Assembly: GCA_965248435.1 (NCBI GenBank)
Contig: OZ252100.1
Span: 3,008,001 to 3,072,000, forward strand
Source of the DNA: Candidatus Latescibacterota bacterium
GTDB taxonomy: Bacteria > Latescibacterota > UBA2968 > GCA-2709665
Length of the DNA stretch: 64,000 nucleotides
Direction of reading: 5' to 3'
Position numbers and translations under genes: made by a program. The notes under the pieces are model-generated. The model saw nothing but the letters and a program-made list of their open reading frames with translations. It ran no database searches and was not told where the DNA came from. Of this stretch, positions 40,656 through 49,459 are shown piece by piece (the first letter of the stretch is position 1; every line of letters begins with the position of its first letter).

Positions 40656-40739
40656 ATGTGAGCACACACCCGGGATGAGGGCGATTCCGGCACGAAGTTG
40701 CCCTCGACAAGGAAGCAGAGAGAGAAGAATAGGGAGAGC

Positions 40740-42239
40740 ATGGCTCAATACGACGCGATCGTGGTCGGCGGAGGCCATAACGGACTCGTGGCTGCCAATT
40801 ACTTCGCCAGAGCGGGCATGTCTGTCCTGGTATTGGAACGCCGCGACTTCGTTGGTGGGGCATGCATTACAGAAGAACTGTTCCCCGGTTTCCGCGTATC
40901 CAGCTGCTCGTATATCTGCTATCTGCTACAAGAGAAGGTTATCGAGGACCTGGAACTCAGGAAGCACGGCTTCGAGGTGCATACCCTCACGCCGTATCGC
41001 TTCCACCCCTTTCCGAACGGAGAGTATCTGCTGCACTGGCACGACGATGCCGGGACGGCCGACGAGATCCGCCGCATCTCGCCCCGTGATGCTGAAAGGT
41101 ATCCCGAATGGGTCGCTTTCTGGGAGCGAGCGGCCGGCATTCTCAAACGGTATTTTCTAGGCACACCAGATGAGCGGGTCTTCGAGCGGATGCTGACGGG
41201 AAACATGAAGGACCTCGTCGAGGAATACTTCGAGTCCGATCTCGTGCGTGCGAGCTACATCGATGCTCAGGATGCCGGCGATGTGATCGCACCTGGCAGC
41301 GTCATGGCAGTTGCCTATTACAAGGTCGCTATACTGAGCGAGGAGAAGAACGTAGGAATACCCTATGGCGGCATGGGCGGTATCACGCAGGCGATGGCTC
41401 GGTCTGCTGAAGCGAGGGGCGTTGACATTCGGACCGGCGCAGAGATCCAGCGCATTGTGATTCACAACGGGCGTGCCGGCGGCGTTGTTCTGAACAACGG
41501 TGAGGAGATCGGCGCCAGCGTGGTGGTCTCGAACGCCGACCCGAAGCGAACGTTTCTCGGACTCGTAGACCCTGCGGAACTCGAACCCGAGTTCGTGGAG
41601 AAGATCAAACGACTGAAGAACGGAGTGACCTATCTCAAGTTCCACTGCGCGCTGAAGGAACTGCCCGATTTCTCAGCCCATCTGGGCAAAGACTTCGATC
41701 CACACTACCTGGCGCAGGCGCGCATATGTCCTTCGGTCGAGTATCACGAACAGAGCTGGGATGATGCCAGACGAGGTCTTCCGTCGAGTTGTCCCGTCAT
41801 GTCGATTCAGATCCCGTCCGTGTACGAGCACAGCCTGACCCCTCCCGGGCAGCACGTTATGTCCGTATGGGTGCTCTACGCGCCGCCACAGCTTCGAGAT
41901 GGATCGTGGGATGATGCGAACAGGCGAGTCGGAGAACACCTGATTGACACGATCAATGAATACGCGCCAAACTTTCGGGATGCGATCATCGACTGGAAGC
42001 TTTTCACGCCTCCAGATCTCGAACGCAGGGTGTATCTGACGAACGGGAGCATCCGTCATACGGACATCACGATCGATCAAATGCTGTCCAAGCGATTCGA
42101 TGGCGGAGAATCGGGCTACAGCACGCCGGTGAAGGGTCTCTATCTGTGCGGGGCTGGAACGCACCCCGGGGGAGAGGTCACCGGGGCACCGGGACATAAC
42201 GCGGCGGAGGCTATTCTGAGGCTCGAATCGTGTTCGTAG
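40740..42239 (+). CDS. Phytoene desaturase-like FAD-dependent oxidoreductase (PYROXD2-like)
   Basis: YDAIVVGGGHNGLVAA, GGMGGIT and LYLCGAGTHPGGEVTGAPGHNAA. Possible short in-frame deletion at ~41160. Confidence 0.88.
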   Translation: MAQYDAIVVGGGHNGLVAANYFARAGMSVLVLERRDFVGGACITEELFPGFRVSSCSYICYLLQEKVIEDLELRKHGFEVHTLTPYRFHPFPNGEYLLHWHDDAGTADEIRRISPRDAERYPEWVAFWERAAGILKRYFLGTPDERVFERMLTGNMKDLVEEYFESDLVRASYIDAQDAGDVIAPGSVMAVAYYKVAILSEEKNVGIPYGGMGGITQAMARSAEARGVDIRTGAEIQRIVIHNGRAGGVVLNNGEEIGASVVVSNADPKRTFLGLVDPAELEPEFVEKIKRLKNGVTYLKFHCALKELPDFSAHLGKDFDPHYLAQARICPSVEYHEQSWDDARRGLPSSCPVMSIQIPSVYEHSLTPPGQHVMSVWVLYAPPQLRDGSWDDANRRVGEHLIDTINEYAPNFRDAIIDWKLFTPPDLERRVYLTNGSIRHTDITIDQMLSKRFDGGESGYSTPVKGLYLCGAGTHPGGEVTGAPGHNAAEAILRLESCS

Positions 42240-42256
42240 AAAAGGACCTGAGTTTT

Positions 42257-42293
42257 TGGGTACCGGGAAGGCAAAACACGGGTGCCGGGGACC
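42257..42293 (+). repeat. Solo CGGGTAC-type tract
   Basis: gggtaccgggaaggcaaaacacggg is identical to 39566-39590. Confidence 0.75.
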
Positions 42294-42495
42294 GTAAGAC
42301 GGTGTTGCTTAGAGAAACGAACCAAATATTCCTGTTGACATCCCGCGGTTTTTAGGTTCTTTTTTTGCAGAAATTGTAGATTTTTCTGCACCCTAGACGA
42401 TTTAGCCAAACCGGACTTGAGTGAACCTTGACATCGCGTGAAACAAAGGGATCGTGTTCTTCTACTCGCCGGGAAGACCAGAAGGAGGAGTTGTG

Positions 42496-44148
42496 GTGAG
42501 AAGATTCCTTCTTACGCGTTGCTTTGTGATGAGTGTGGTGGGACTGGGTTGCTTTGCGTGCGGCAAAGACCAATCTCTCTCGCCCGGAATCGAGCGAGCA
42601 GGGGGCCTTGGAAAGCCCGCTGTTAAGGCAGCTGTGAACCATCGTTTGGTTGTGACTGTAACGGTGATTCAGGCCGGTGAGCCGGCATCGGGCGTGGAAG
42701 TTGCGTTCTCTCGCTCCATCTCCGGTCGAGCAGCCGACTACAGGTGGCAGGGCACAACGGACGAGAATGGCGAGGTGGAGATCGAGATTACGGCTGATCC
42801 GACGGGACAGTTCGGGCGGGTGGGGACGACCGGCTATTATCTCGCGATGGCCACCGAAACTGCAAGCGAAGAGGTCTTGGAGAAATGGGGCAGTATCCCG
42901 ATCAACGATGGAGAGACGGCAGAACTGATTCTGGAGGTCGGGAGGCGAGCCTTCTTTAGACAGGATTTGAGAGGCAGGTTCGATCTTCGGACGCTTGGTC
43001 CCATTCCTTATCCTTCGGACAACGCATACGATCCGCAAAGAATCGCTCTGGGAAAGCTGCTCTTCTACGACCCGATCCTGGGGGGAGAGAAAGACGTTGC
43101 TTGCGGGACCTGTCATTTACCGGGATCTGCCTTTGCCGATGGTCGTCAATTCGGTGCAGGCGTGAGTGGTGTAGGCCTGGGTAAAGACCGTGAGCTTTCT
43201 AACCTATCTATCTCCGGCGATGAAATCCTGCTCGAGCCCAGGAATACGATGACGATTTATAACACGGCGTTTAATGCAGACGAGGGTGGCCTTCCTTCCG
43301 CCTTCGGGTTTTTTGCTGTGGATGGTAAAGCCAGGGGGCTGGAGGAGCTGGTTACGATTCCCATCGCTAATCGGGTCGAAATGCGGGGAGATGCCTACTC
43401 CGAGGAGGCTGCCCTGGATAGTGTGGTTGCAAGGCTTCGAACGGTTCCCGAATACGTTCAGCTTTTCCAGGAGGCCTTCCCGGCAGAGGCGATGCAAACC
43501 GGGGGAACGGCCGTCATCGACGGTTCCACATACAGTCGGGCGCTAGCGGCCTATGCGCGAGAATTGGTCACGCGAGACTCACCCTACGATCGCTATGTAA
43601 AAGGTAGTGATGGCGCGCTAAGCGACGAACAGAAATTGGGCCTGGAGTTGTTCTTCACCAGGGCCAAGTGTTCCGTCTGTCACAACGGACCGATGTTGAG
43701 CGACTACCGGTTCATCCGTCAAGGGGTGCCCCAGGTAGGTGAGGGAAAAAGCTCGGGGGACGACAGGGGTCGGGAAGAATTTACCGGAAACCCTCTAGAC
43801 CGGTATAAATTCCGCACGCTGACGATTCGGAATGTTGAGCTGACCGCGCCCTACATGCACGACGGTTTTTTCGAAACGCTCGAGGAAGTCGTCCGATTTT
43901 ATAACGATGGCGCTCGGCCACGACATCCTGTGGTGGTAGATGATGTGCTGGAGCCCATTCTGATCGAGCCTCTGGGCTTGACCGATGAGGAGATAGACGC
44001 CATCGTCGAGTTCATGAAGGCGTTGACCGATCCGGGAACGGCCCTGGATCCCTTCCTCGTGACCGTTCCGGACGAGGTCCCCAGCGGACTCACCCCGCTC
44101 ATTGGGGTGAGTGCGGTAGGAAAAATCGCTTCGGGGCCTGGAAGATAG
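42496..44148 (+). CDS. Di-heme cytochrome c peroxidase/MauG-family lipoprotein
   Basis: GGAGG RBS, lipobox CFAC, LGKLLFYDP.L, CGTCH and CSVCH heme sites, RNVELTAPYMHDG. Confidence 0.9.
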   Translation: MRRFLLTRCFVMSVVGLGCFACGKDQSLSPGIERAGGLGKPAVKAAVNHRLVVTVTVIQAGEPASGVEVAFSRSISGRAADYRWQGTTDENGEVEIEITADPTGQFGRVGTTGYYLAMATETASEEVLEKWGSIPINDGETAELILEVGRRAFFRQDLRGRFDLRTLGPIPYPSDNAYDPQRIALGKLLFYDPILGGEKDVACGTCHLPGSAFADGRQFGAGVSGVGLGKDRELSNLSISGDEILLEPRNTMTIYNTAFNADEGGLPSAFGFFAVDGKARGLEELVTIPIANRVEMRGDAYSEEAALDSVVARLRTVPEYVQLFQEAFPAEAMQTGGTAVIDGSTYSRALAAYARELVTRDSPYDRYVKGSDGALSDEQKLGLELFFTRAKCSVCHNGPMLSDYRFIRQGVPQVGEGKSSGDDRGREEFTGNPLDRYKFRTLTIRNVELTAPYMHDGFFETLEEVVRFYNDGARPRHPVVVDDVLEPILIEPLGLTDEEIDAIVEFMKALTDPGTALDPFLVTVPDEVPSGLTPLIGVSAVGKIASGPGR

Positions 44149-44177
44149 CGTTCTCTCTCCGATCGCAAGAAATCGAA

Positions 44178-44207
44178 AGGGCCTGCACCCTTATAGGTGC
44201 AGGCCCT
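44178..44207. terminator. Terminator-like hairpin
   Basis: AGGGCCTGCACC / GGTGCAGGCCCT 12-bp stem. Confidence 0.6.
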
Positions 44208-44280
44208 GAATATTTGTAGTCGGCGTTGACCGATCAGGGATCAGATCTCGATCCCTTCCTTCTGACCATTCCGGATGAGG

Positions 44281-45011
44281 ATCTGTCGCCGGAGCAGCAG
44301 ATGTTCTTGAGCCAAACACCGGGAGCCTTGAAGTTCTTTGAATCGAGGACGAAGCAGCCCGACCCGCAACCCGATCGGCGTATCGTGACGGGCCCCGACA
44401 AGCTCCAGTATTATACTGACACACAGGAGCGCGTGTTGCCGGGCGTAGAGGCTCCTGCACCAATGGAAATGGACGCAACGCCCGATATAAAGGGCGAGTC
44501 GGGACTACGAAAAGAATACAACGATCTGTCCAAAGATTTTAAGAAGGTAAAATCCGCCTTTAGCCGGATCAAGGCCGCCAGCGATAGTGCAGCGGGCGAC
44601 ATCGCATTGATCTTCAACTACATGAAAATGTTGGATCCTGGATCGGTCGTGAGGGAATCCGAGTACGCGACCGCCGCAAATGCCGCAGGTGTGCCAGATC
44701 GGATACGGGTCTTCTACAACAAGTTGGTGGCAGGCGAGAAGCTGTCGCCTGCCCAACGGAGTATGTTCAAGGCCGAAGCGGAACTCCAATATTCTTCTGC
44801 CACAGGACAGCAGGGTGAGCGCGAAGCCTATTTTTCTTCGCTGGCCACAGACTATGGCTTCGCCCCTTCGCGCATTGTTCGCAATCTCACCGGCGCGAAC
44901 TTTGCGGCGATGACGCAAGAGCAACATTTGGCTAGGGCGCAGACTCTTACGCCGGAACAACGCGCGCAAGCGGCCGACGAGTGGGACCGTTTGTTTGGGG
45001 GAAAACAGTAA
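44281..45011 (+). pseudogene. Phage ejection/internal virion protein, 5'-truncated
   Basis: LRKEY..AAGDIALIFNYMKMLDPGSVVRESEYATA motif typical of podoviral DNA-transfer proteins. Fused to a peroxidase-gene fragment at 44222-44280. Confidence 0.65.
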
Positions 45012-45014
45012 AAT

Positions 45015-46590
45015 ATGCCAAATCCTTATCGGCAATCGACCGGACAGGCCTCGAGACCACAGAATCCCTACCGGGTATCCACCCCGGGGGTAGTCCAGGA
45101 TGAGCCTCAAGGGCCCATACAGGCCGTTTTAGGGGGCATTTCGGAGATGGTGAGCAATATCCCCGGGTTCAACCGCACAGTTCGCTAGCGACGTTACAGC
45201 GCCTATTCACAGTCCCGTGCAGACGTTGACGGGGTTGAGAGACATAGCTGTGGGGCTGACCTGACCCCCTGGATTGTGCCCAGTTCTATAGTTAGAATTG
45301 GGTCATTAGAAAGGGGTCACCATGGCCAGAAAGCGTTATTCCGCGGAGCAGATCATCGGACACCTCCGGCAAGCGGAGATCCTGATCTCCGAGGGCAAGA
45401 CCATCGGTGAGGCTGCCCGCCATGTCGGCATCAGCGAGCAGACCTACTACCGTTGGCGCCGTGAATACGGCGGAATGGAAGTTGATCAAGCCCGGCGCCT
45501 GAAAGAGCTCGATCAGGAAAACCAACGGTTGAAGAGGCTGGTCGCCGACCAGGCTCTGGACATCTCGATCCTGAAGGAAGCCTCCCGGGGAAACTTCTAA
45601 GCCCGACGCGTCGGCGTCAGACGGTCGGGCACGTCTGTGAGGTGCTGACTGTTTCCGAGCGTCGGGCGTGCCGTGTGCTGGGACAGGTGAGGCGCACCCA
45701 GCGATACACGCCCAGGGTGGGAGACGACGAGGAGCTTCTGACCACGAGCATCGTCTCTCTGGCCAGCGAATACGGGCGGTATGGATACCGTAGGATCACG
45801 GCCCTGCTCAGGGGTGACGGCTGGCGGGTGAATCACAAGCGGGTGGAGCGAATCTGGCGTCAGGAGGGGCTGAAGGTGCCCGCCAGACAGCCGAAGCGAG
45901 GTCGGCTGTGGCTCAATGACGGTTCCTGCATCAGGCTCAGACCCGAGCACGGCAACCACGTTTGGGCTTACGACTTCCTATTCGATCGGACCCAGGAAGG
46001 GAGGCCCCTGAAGCTCCTGACGGTGGTCGACGAGTTCACCCGCGAGTGCCTGGCGATAGAAGTTGCCCGCAAGCAGAGTTCGCGGGACGTTCTACGGATG
46101 TTGGCCGGGCTGATGTTGAGGCACGGCATCCCGAAACACATCAGATCGGACAACGGGCCCGAGTTCGTGGCTAAAGCCGTCCGGGAGTGGCTCTCGAGGT
46201 TGGAGGTCGGGACGTTGTTCATCGAGCCGGGTAGTCCGTGGGAGAACGGCTACATCGAAAGCTTCAACGGAAAACTCAGGGATGAACTCCTCAACGGTGA
46301 GATCTTCACGACGCTGCAGGAGGCAAAGGTGTTGACCGAGGTGTGGCGACGGCAGTACAATAGGGTCCGCCCACACAGCTCGCTGGGCTATAGGCCGCCG
46401 GCGCCTGAAACGGTCTCAGGACCGCTAGTTGCAACCGCATCCTAACTCTGGATGTGGATACATAGGTGGGGGCAGGTCAGGGCTGGCCCACAAGATAATA
46501 CCTGGCGAACAGGGCAAGGAAAAATACGCTGATGCCATTGGGAATTTCCTAGTAGAGCGCTACGGAAGTATCGACAACATTCAGCGCACC
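45015..46590 (+). pseudogene. Second phage virion/ejection gene, frameshifted, IS3-interrupted and truncated
   Basis: MPNPYRQ...NIPG, frameshift ~45165, STAQFASDVTAPIHSPVQTLTGLRDIAVG|IS|LAHKIIPGEQGKEKYADAIGNFLVERYGSIDNIQRT. Confidence 0.6.
45257..46479 (+). mobile_element. IS3-family insertion sequence, copy 2 (orfA 45322-45600, orfB 45642-46445)
   Basis: Near-identical to copy 1, with a 4-bp target duplication GGGC. Confidence 0.95.
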
Positions 46591-48265
46591 ATATTTGCAA
46601 ATCTTCGAAGACGACTCTGTGTTCGATACCGTAAAGTATCCATATGAGTTTCTCGAGTCGAAAATCGGAGACTGTGACGACTGCACGGCACTCTACTCCG
46701 CCATGCTCGAAAACCTGAACATCCCCACGGCGATCCTGGACGTCAACGACCCACAATTCGGTCACATCTACATGATGTTCGACAGCGGGATTCCCATTTC
46801 GGATGCCGGCGACTTCTTCGTCCACGAGAAGGAGTACGTCATCTGGGAGGGAAGCCTCTGGATTCCGGTGGAAACGACCCTCTTTGGTTCTTCATTTACC
46901 GATGCCTGGCGTAACGGGGCGGAAGAGTACTACGTTCGGAAAGAACGTGGATTCATCAACGAGATTCTCGTATCGCAGGCCCAGCAGGTCTTCAAACCTG
47001 GCGTCGTTCCGGACGCGGATGTCGCTCTACCCTCGGCAACGGCGATCGACGAAATCTTCAACCGCGACCTTGCCTTCTTCGAAAACCGCCTGGACCAGAT
47101 CGCACTCGCCTCGGGTGTTTCCCTTGAAAGTGCCGAAGGCCTTTACGACGTCGGCGCGACCTATCTTCGGCTCGGTCAGTTCGATCGCGCCCTGGATTCG
47201 TTCGACAGGGCGATCCAGAAGGATCCCCGCATGTCCGATGCCTATAACGCAAAGGGGGTCATCCTCACGCGCCGAAGGCAATATGACGAAGCCATCCAGT
47301 TCTATCAAAAGGCCCTGGGCCTGAATCCGAGCGATGCGGGCTACCAGATCAACATCGCCCTCACCTATCACCTCCAGGGAAAGCGGGATGACGCCCAGCA
47401 GGTCTACCAGGAGGCGGTTGAGGTGAACCGAGACTTCGCGGGGATGTTCGATTTTCTCACGAGAAAAGACGCACCCGCGATCTCCGTTCCGGCGGCCGTG
47501 GACCCATTGCAGAAGCTTGCTGCCCAGAAGGCCTACGATGACGGCGCGGCCTATCTCCGCCTCAAGTCCTTTGAAAAGGCCATCGACGCGTTCGACCGGG
47601 CCGTGGCACTCGATCCCAACAGCGCAGATGCCTACAACGCCAAAGGCGTCATCTCGACACGTGAAAGAAAATACAGCGAGGCCATCGGTCTTTACCAGAA
47701 GGCCACTCAGCTGGATCCAAATAACGCCGGATTTCACGTCAACCTGGCGATCGCCTATCATCTGCTGGGCAAAGGCGATGAGGCCTTGCGCGAATACCGT
47801 CGCACCGTCGAACTCGATCCGGACTACCGGGGACAGCTCGACTTTATCGCAGGTGGAGAAACGCTCGCGGCTCCCGAGACACCCGCGGCCACCTCGAGCA
47901 TCGCCACACCCCTCCAGCGTCTGGCCGCCGAGAAGGCCTATGACGATGGCGCTGCCTACCTCAGGCTGAACGCCCTGGACAAAGCACTCGATGCGTTGGA
48001 CCGAGCGCTGGCACTCGATCCGAAAAACGCGGATGCGATGAACGCAAAGGGCGTGATCCTCACCCGCGAGCGGAACTACGGCGATGCCATTCAACTGTTC
48101 AAGAGCGCAACCGAGCTTGATCCTTCAGATGCCGGTTTCCACATCAACCTGTCTATCGCTTACCACCTGCAAGGGAATCGCGAAGACGCCCTCCGAGAAT
48201 ACCGCAAGGCCATCGAGCTCGACGCGGATTATGCGGGACAGCTCGACTTTTTGGAACAGGAGTAA
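46582..48265 (+). pseudogene. 3' half of split gene: transglutaminase-like domain plus three TPR blocks
   Basis: SAPYLQIFEDD..DTVKYP..GDCDDC..GHIY..WIPVETT followed by TPRs. No RBS or native start. Confidence 0.8.
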
Positions 48266-48455
48266 AATTCTCTATATCTATATTTTACAGTGTGTTTGTT
48301 TGATATAGTCTGTTCAGGTGGCCTTCAAAAAAATTCCTTTCCGTGTGTTTCAAATCACGTCGTTCGGAGAGACAAATACCGTATATTTTATTAGGATGTC
48401 AGAGGAGTTCGTCCACGAGTCCTGAAACCGAGGGTTGCCGAAAAGGAGGTTTACA

Positions 48456-48977
48456 ATGAACAGCCGCTTTGTTACCATCGGGATCACCCTGCTGCTGGGG
48501 TTCGGGTTCTACATCGGTCCAGCGCAGGCAGAGGAGAAGAAGGACGAGACAAAGAAGGTGGAGAAAGGAAAAGAGGGCAAGGTTCAGGTCTCTACTGCGT
48601 TCCTCCAGCGCTGGAAAACGATTCAAAAGGTCACCGGAAAGAAGGCCTATGAGACGCAGCAGACGCGCACGGTGGCCGGTGTCCGAGGAGCCGAGGCAGA
48701 GGACGCCGTCCTGGACCAGCTCTATTACAAAGGCGGAGTGCGCTATCCGAGCCGTGTCGATCTGAAGAACGCGATCACGCAGCTTCAGGATGCGGTCACG
48801 GCCGATCCCTCCGCGGATACCGTCCCGGAGCAGAAGTACTTCATCGCCCAGTGTCACGCACAGCTCGGTGAAGCTGATCAGGCCAGTGCGGTTTATAAAG
48901 ACCTGGTGAAAAACCATCCGGACTCGGACTGGGCCAAGGAGGCAAAGGCCGCACTCGGAAAGCTTTCTACTGAATAG
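48456..48977 (+). CDS. Secreted TPR protein (YbgF/BamD-like C-terminal TPR)
   Basis: AAGGAGG RBS, signal peptide, Y.IAQC..QLG...A..VY..LVKNHP.S.WA. Confidence 0.75.
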   Translation: MNSRFVTIGITLLLGFGFYIGPAQAEEKKDETKKVEKGKEGKVQVSTAFLQRWKTIQKVTGKKAYETQQTRTVAGVRGAEAEDAVLDQLYYKGGVRYPSRVDLKNAITQLQDAVTADPSADTVPEQKYFIAQCHAQLGEADQASAVYKDLVKNHPDSDWAKEAKAALGKLSTE

Positions 48978-49135
48978 ATTCCTTTCATTGAAAGCGTGGG
49001 TGAGGCGGCAGGCGTTGGGGCCTGCCGCCTCTTTCTTTGCTCACACTTTAAGGCGACTTCGTCAGTAGAATCATACCTTGCGATTCGCTTACTTTTTGTG
49101 CATGTTACCCTATCAACTTGCTCTCCCCCAAGGGT

Positions 49136-49459
49136 ATGGCTATGAAGACGCGTGAAGAAATCGAAGAGCGGCTTCGAGTCCTGACCCAGGCCTACCACCT
49201 TTCCTATATCCATCGGGAGGAACTGACTGGGGAAGCTTTGGCCAAGTTCCGGGCCCTGGAAGAATGCATCAGTCTGCTGAAGTGGTGCCTGGATGACTCA
49301 GAATCGCCTAACGTCGGCTGGCGGAATGTGGGAGTTGTGGTTTCCGCCTCCCTCGGACTGATCCGAAAGAAGCTTTTCGGCGGTGAAGAGGACGGAGCGC
49401 AGCCGTCCCGAGAAGCCACGCACACGCCGGCGACACCCTCCGAAGAGGTCACGAGATGA
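49136..49459 (+). CDS. Hypothetical protein
   Basis: ATGA overlap with the cyclase gene. Confidence 0.55.
   Translation: MAMKTREEIEERLRVLTQAYHLSYIHREELTGEALAKFRALEECISLLKWCLDDSESPNVGWRNVGVVVSASLGLIRKKLFGGEEDGAQPSREATHTPATPSEEVTR

Larger units (their letters stand above)
9706..46581. mobile_element. ~36.9-kb composite insertion (phage remnants enclosing catabolic cargo and IS elements)
   Basis: Interrupts one host gene. Phage-like genes at both ends, multiple IS inside. No integrase or flanking direct repeat found. Confidence 0.6.

Noticed and set aside
18926-42360. Shared TTGACATCC promoter motif at ~18927 and ~42335
   Set aside because: Similarity is short and no convincing -10 element lies at the expected spacing.
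11304-46479. Composite transposon formed by the two IS3 copies
   Set aside because: Copy 2 has its own GGGC duplication inside a single gene, and the outer flanks (GTTT vs GGGC) do not match.
9672-46587. TCAGCGC at 9672 and 46581 as an att core
   Set aside because: Host coding sequence (YGLRYQQD) continues past the left copy, and a 7-bp match is expected by chance.
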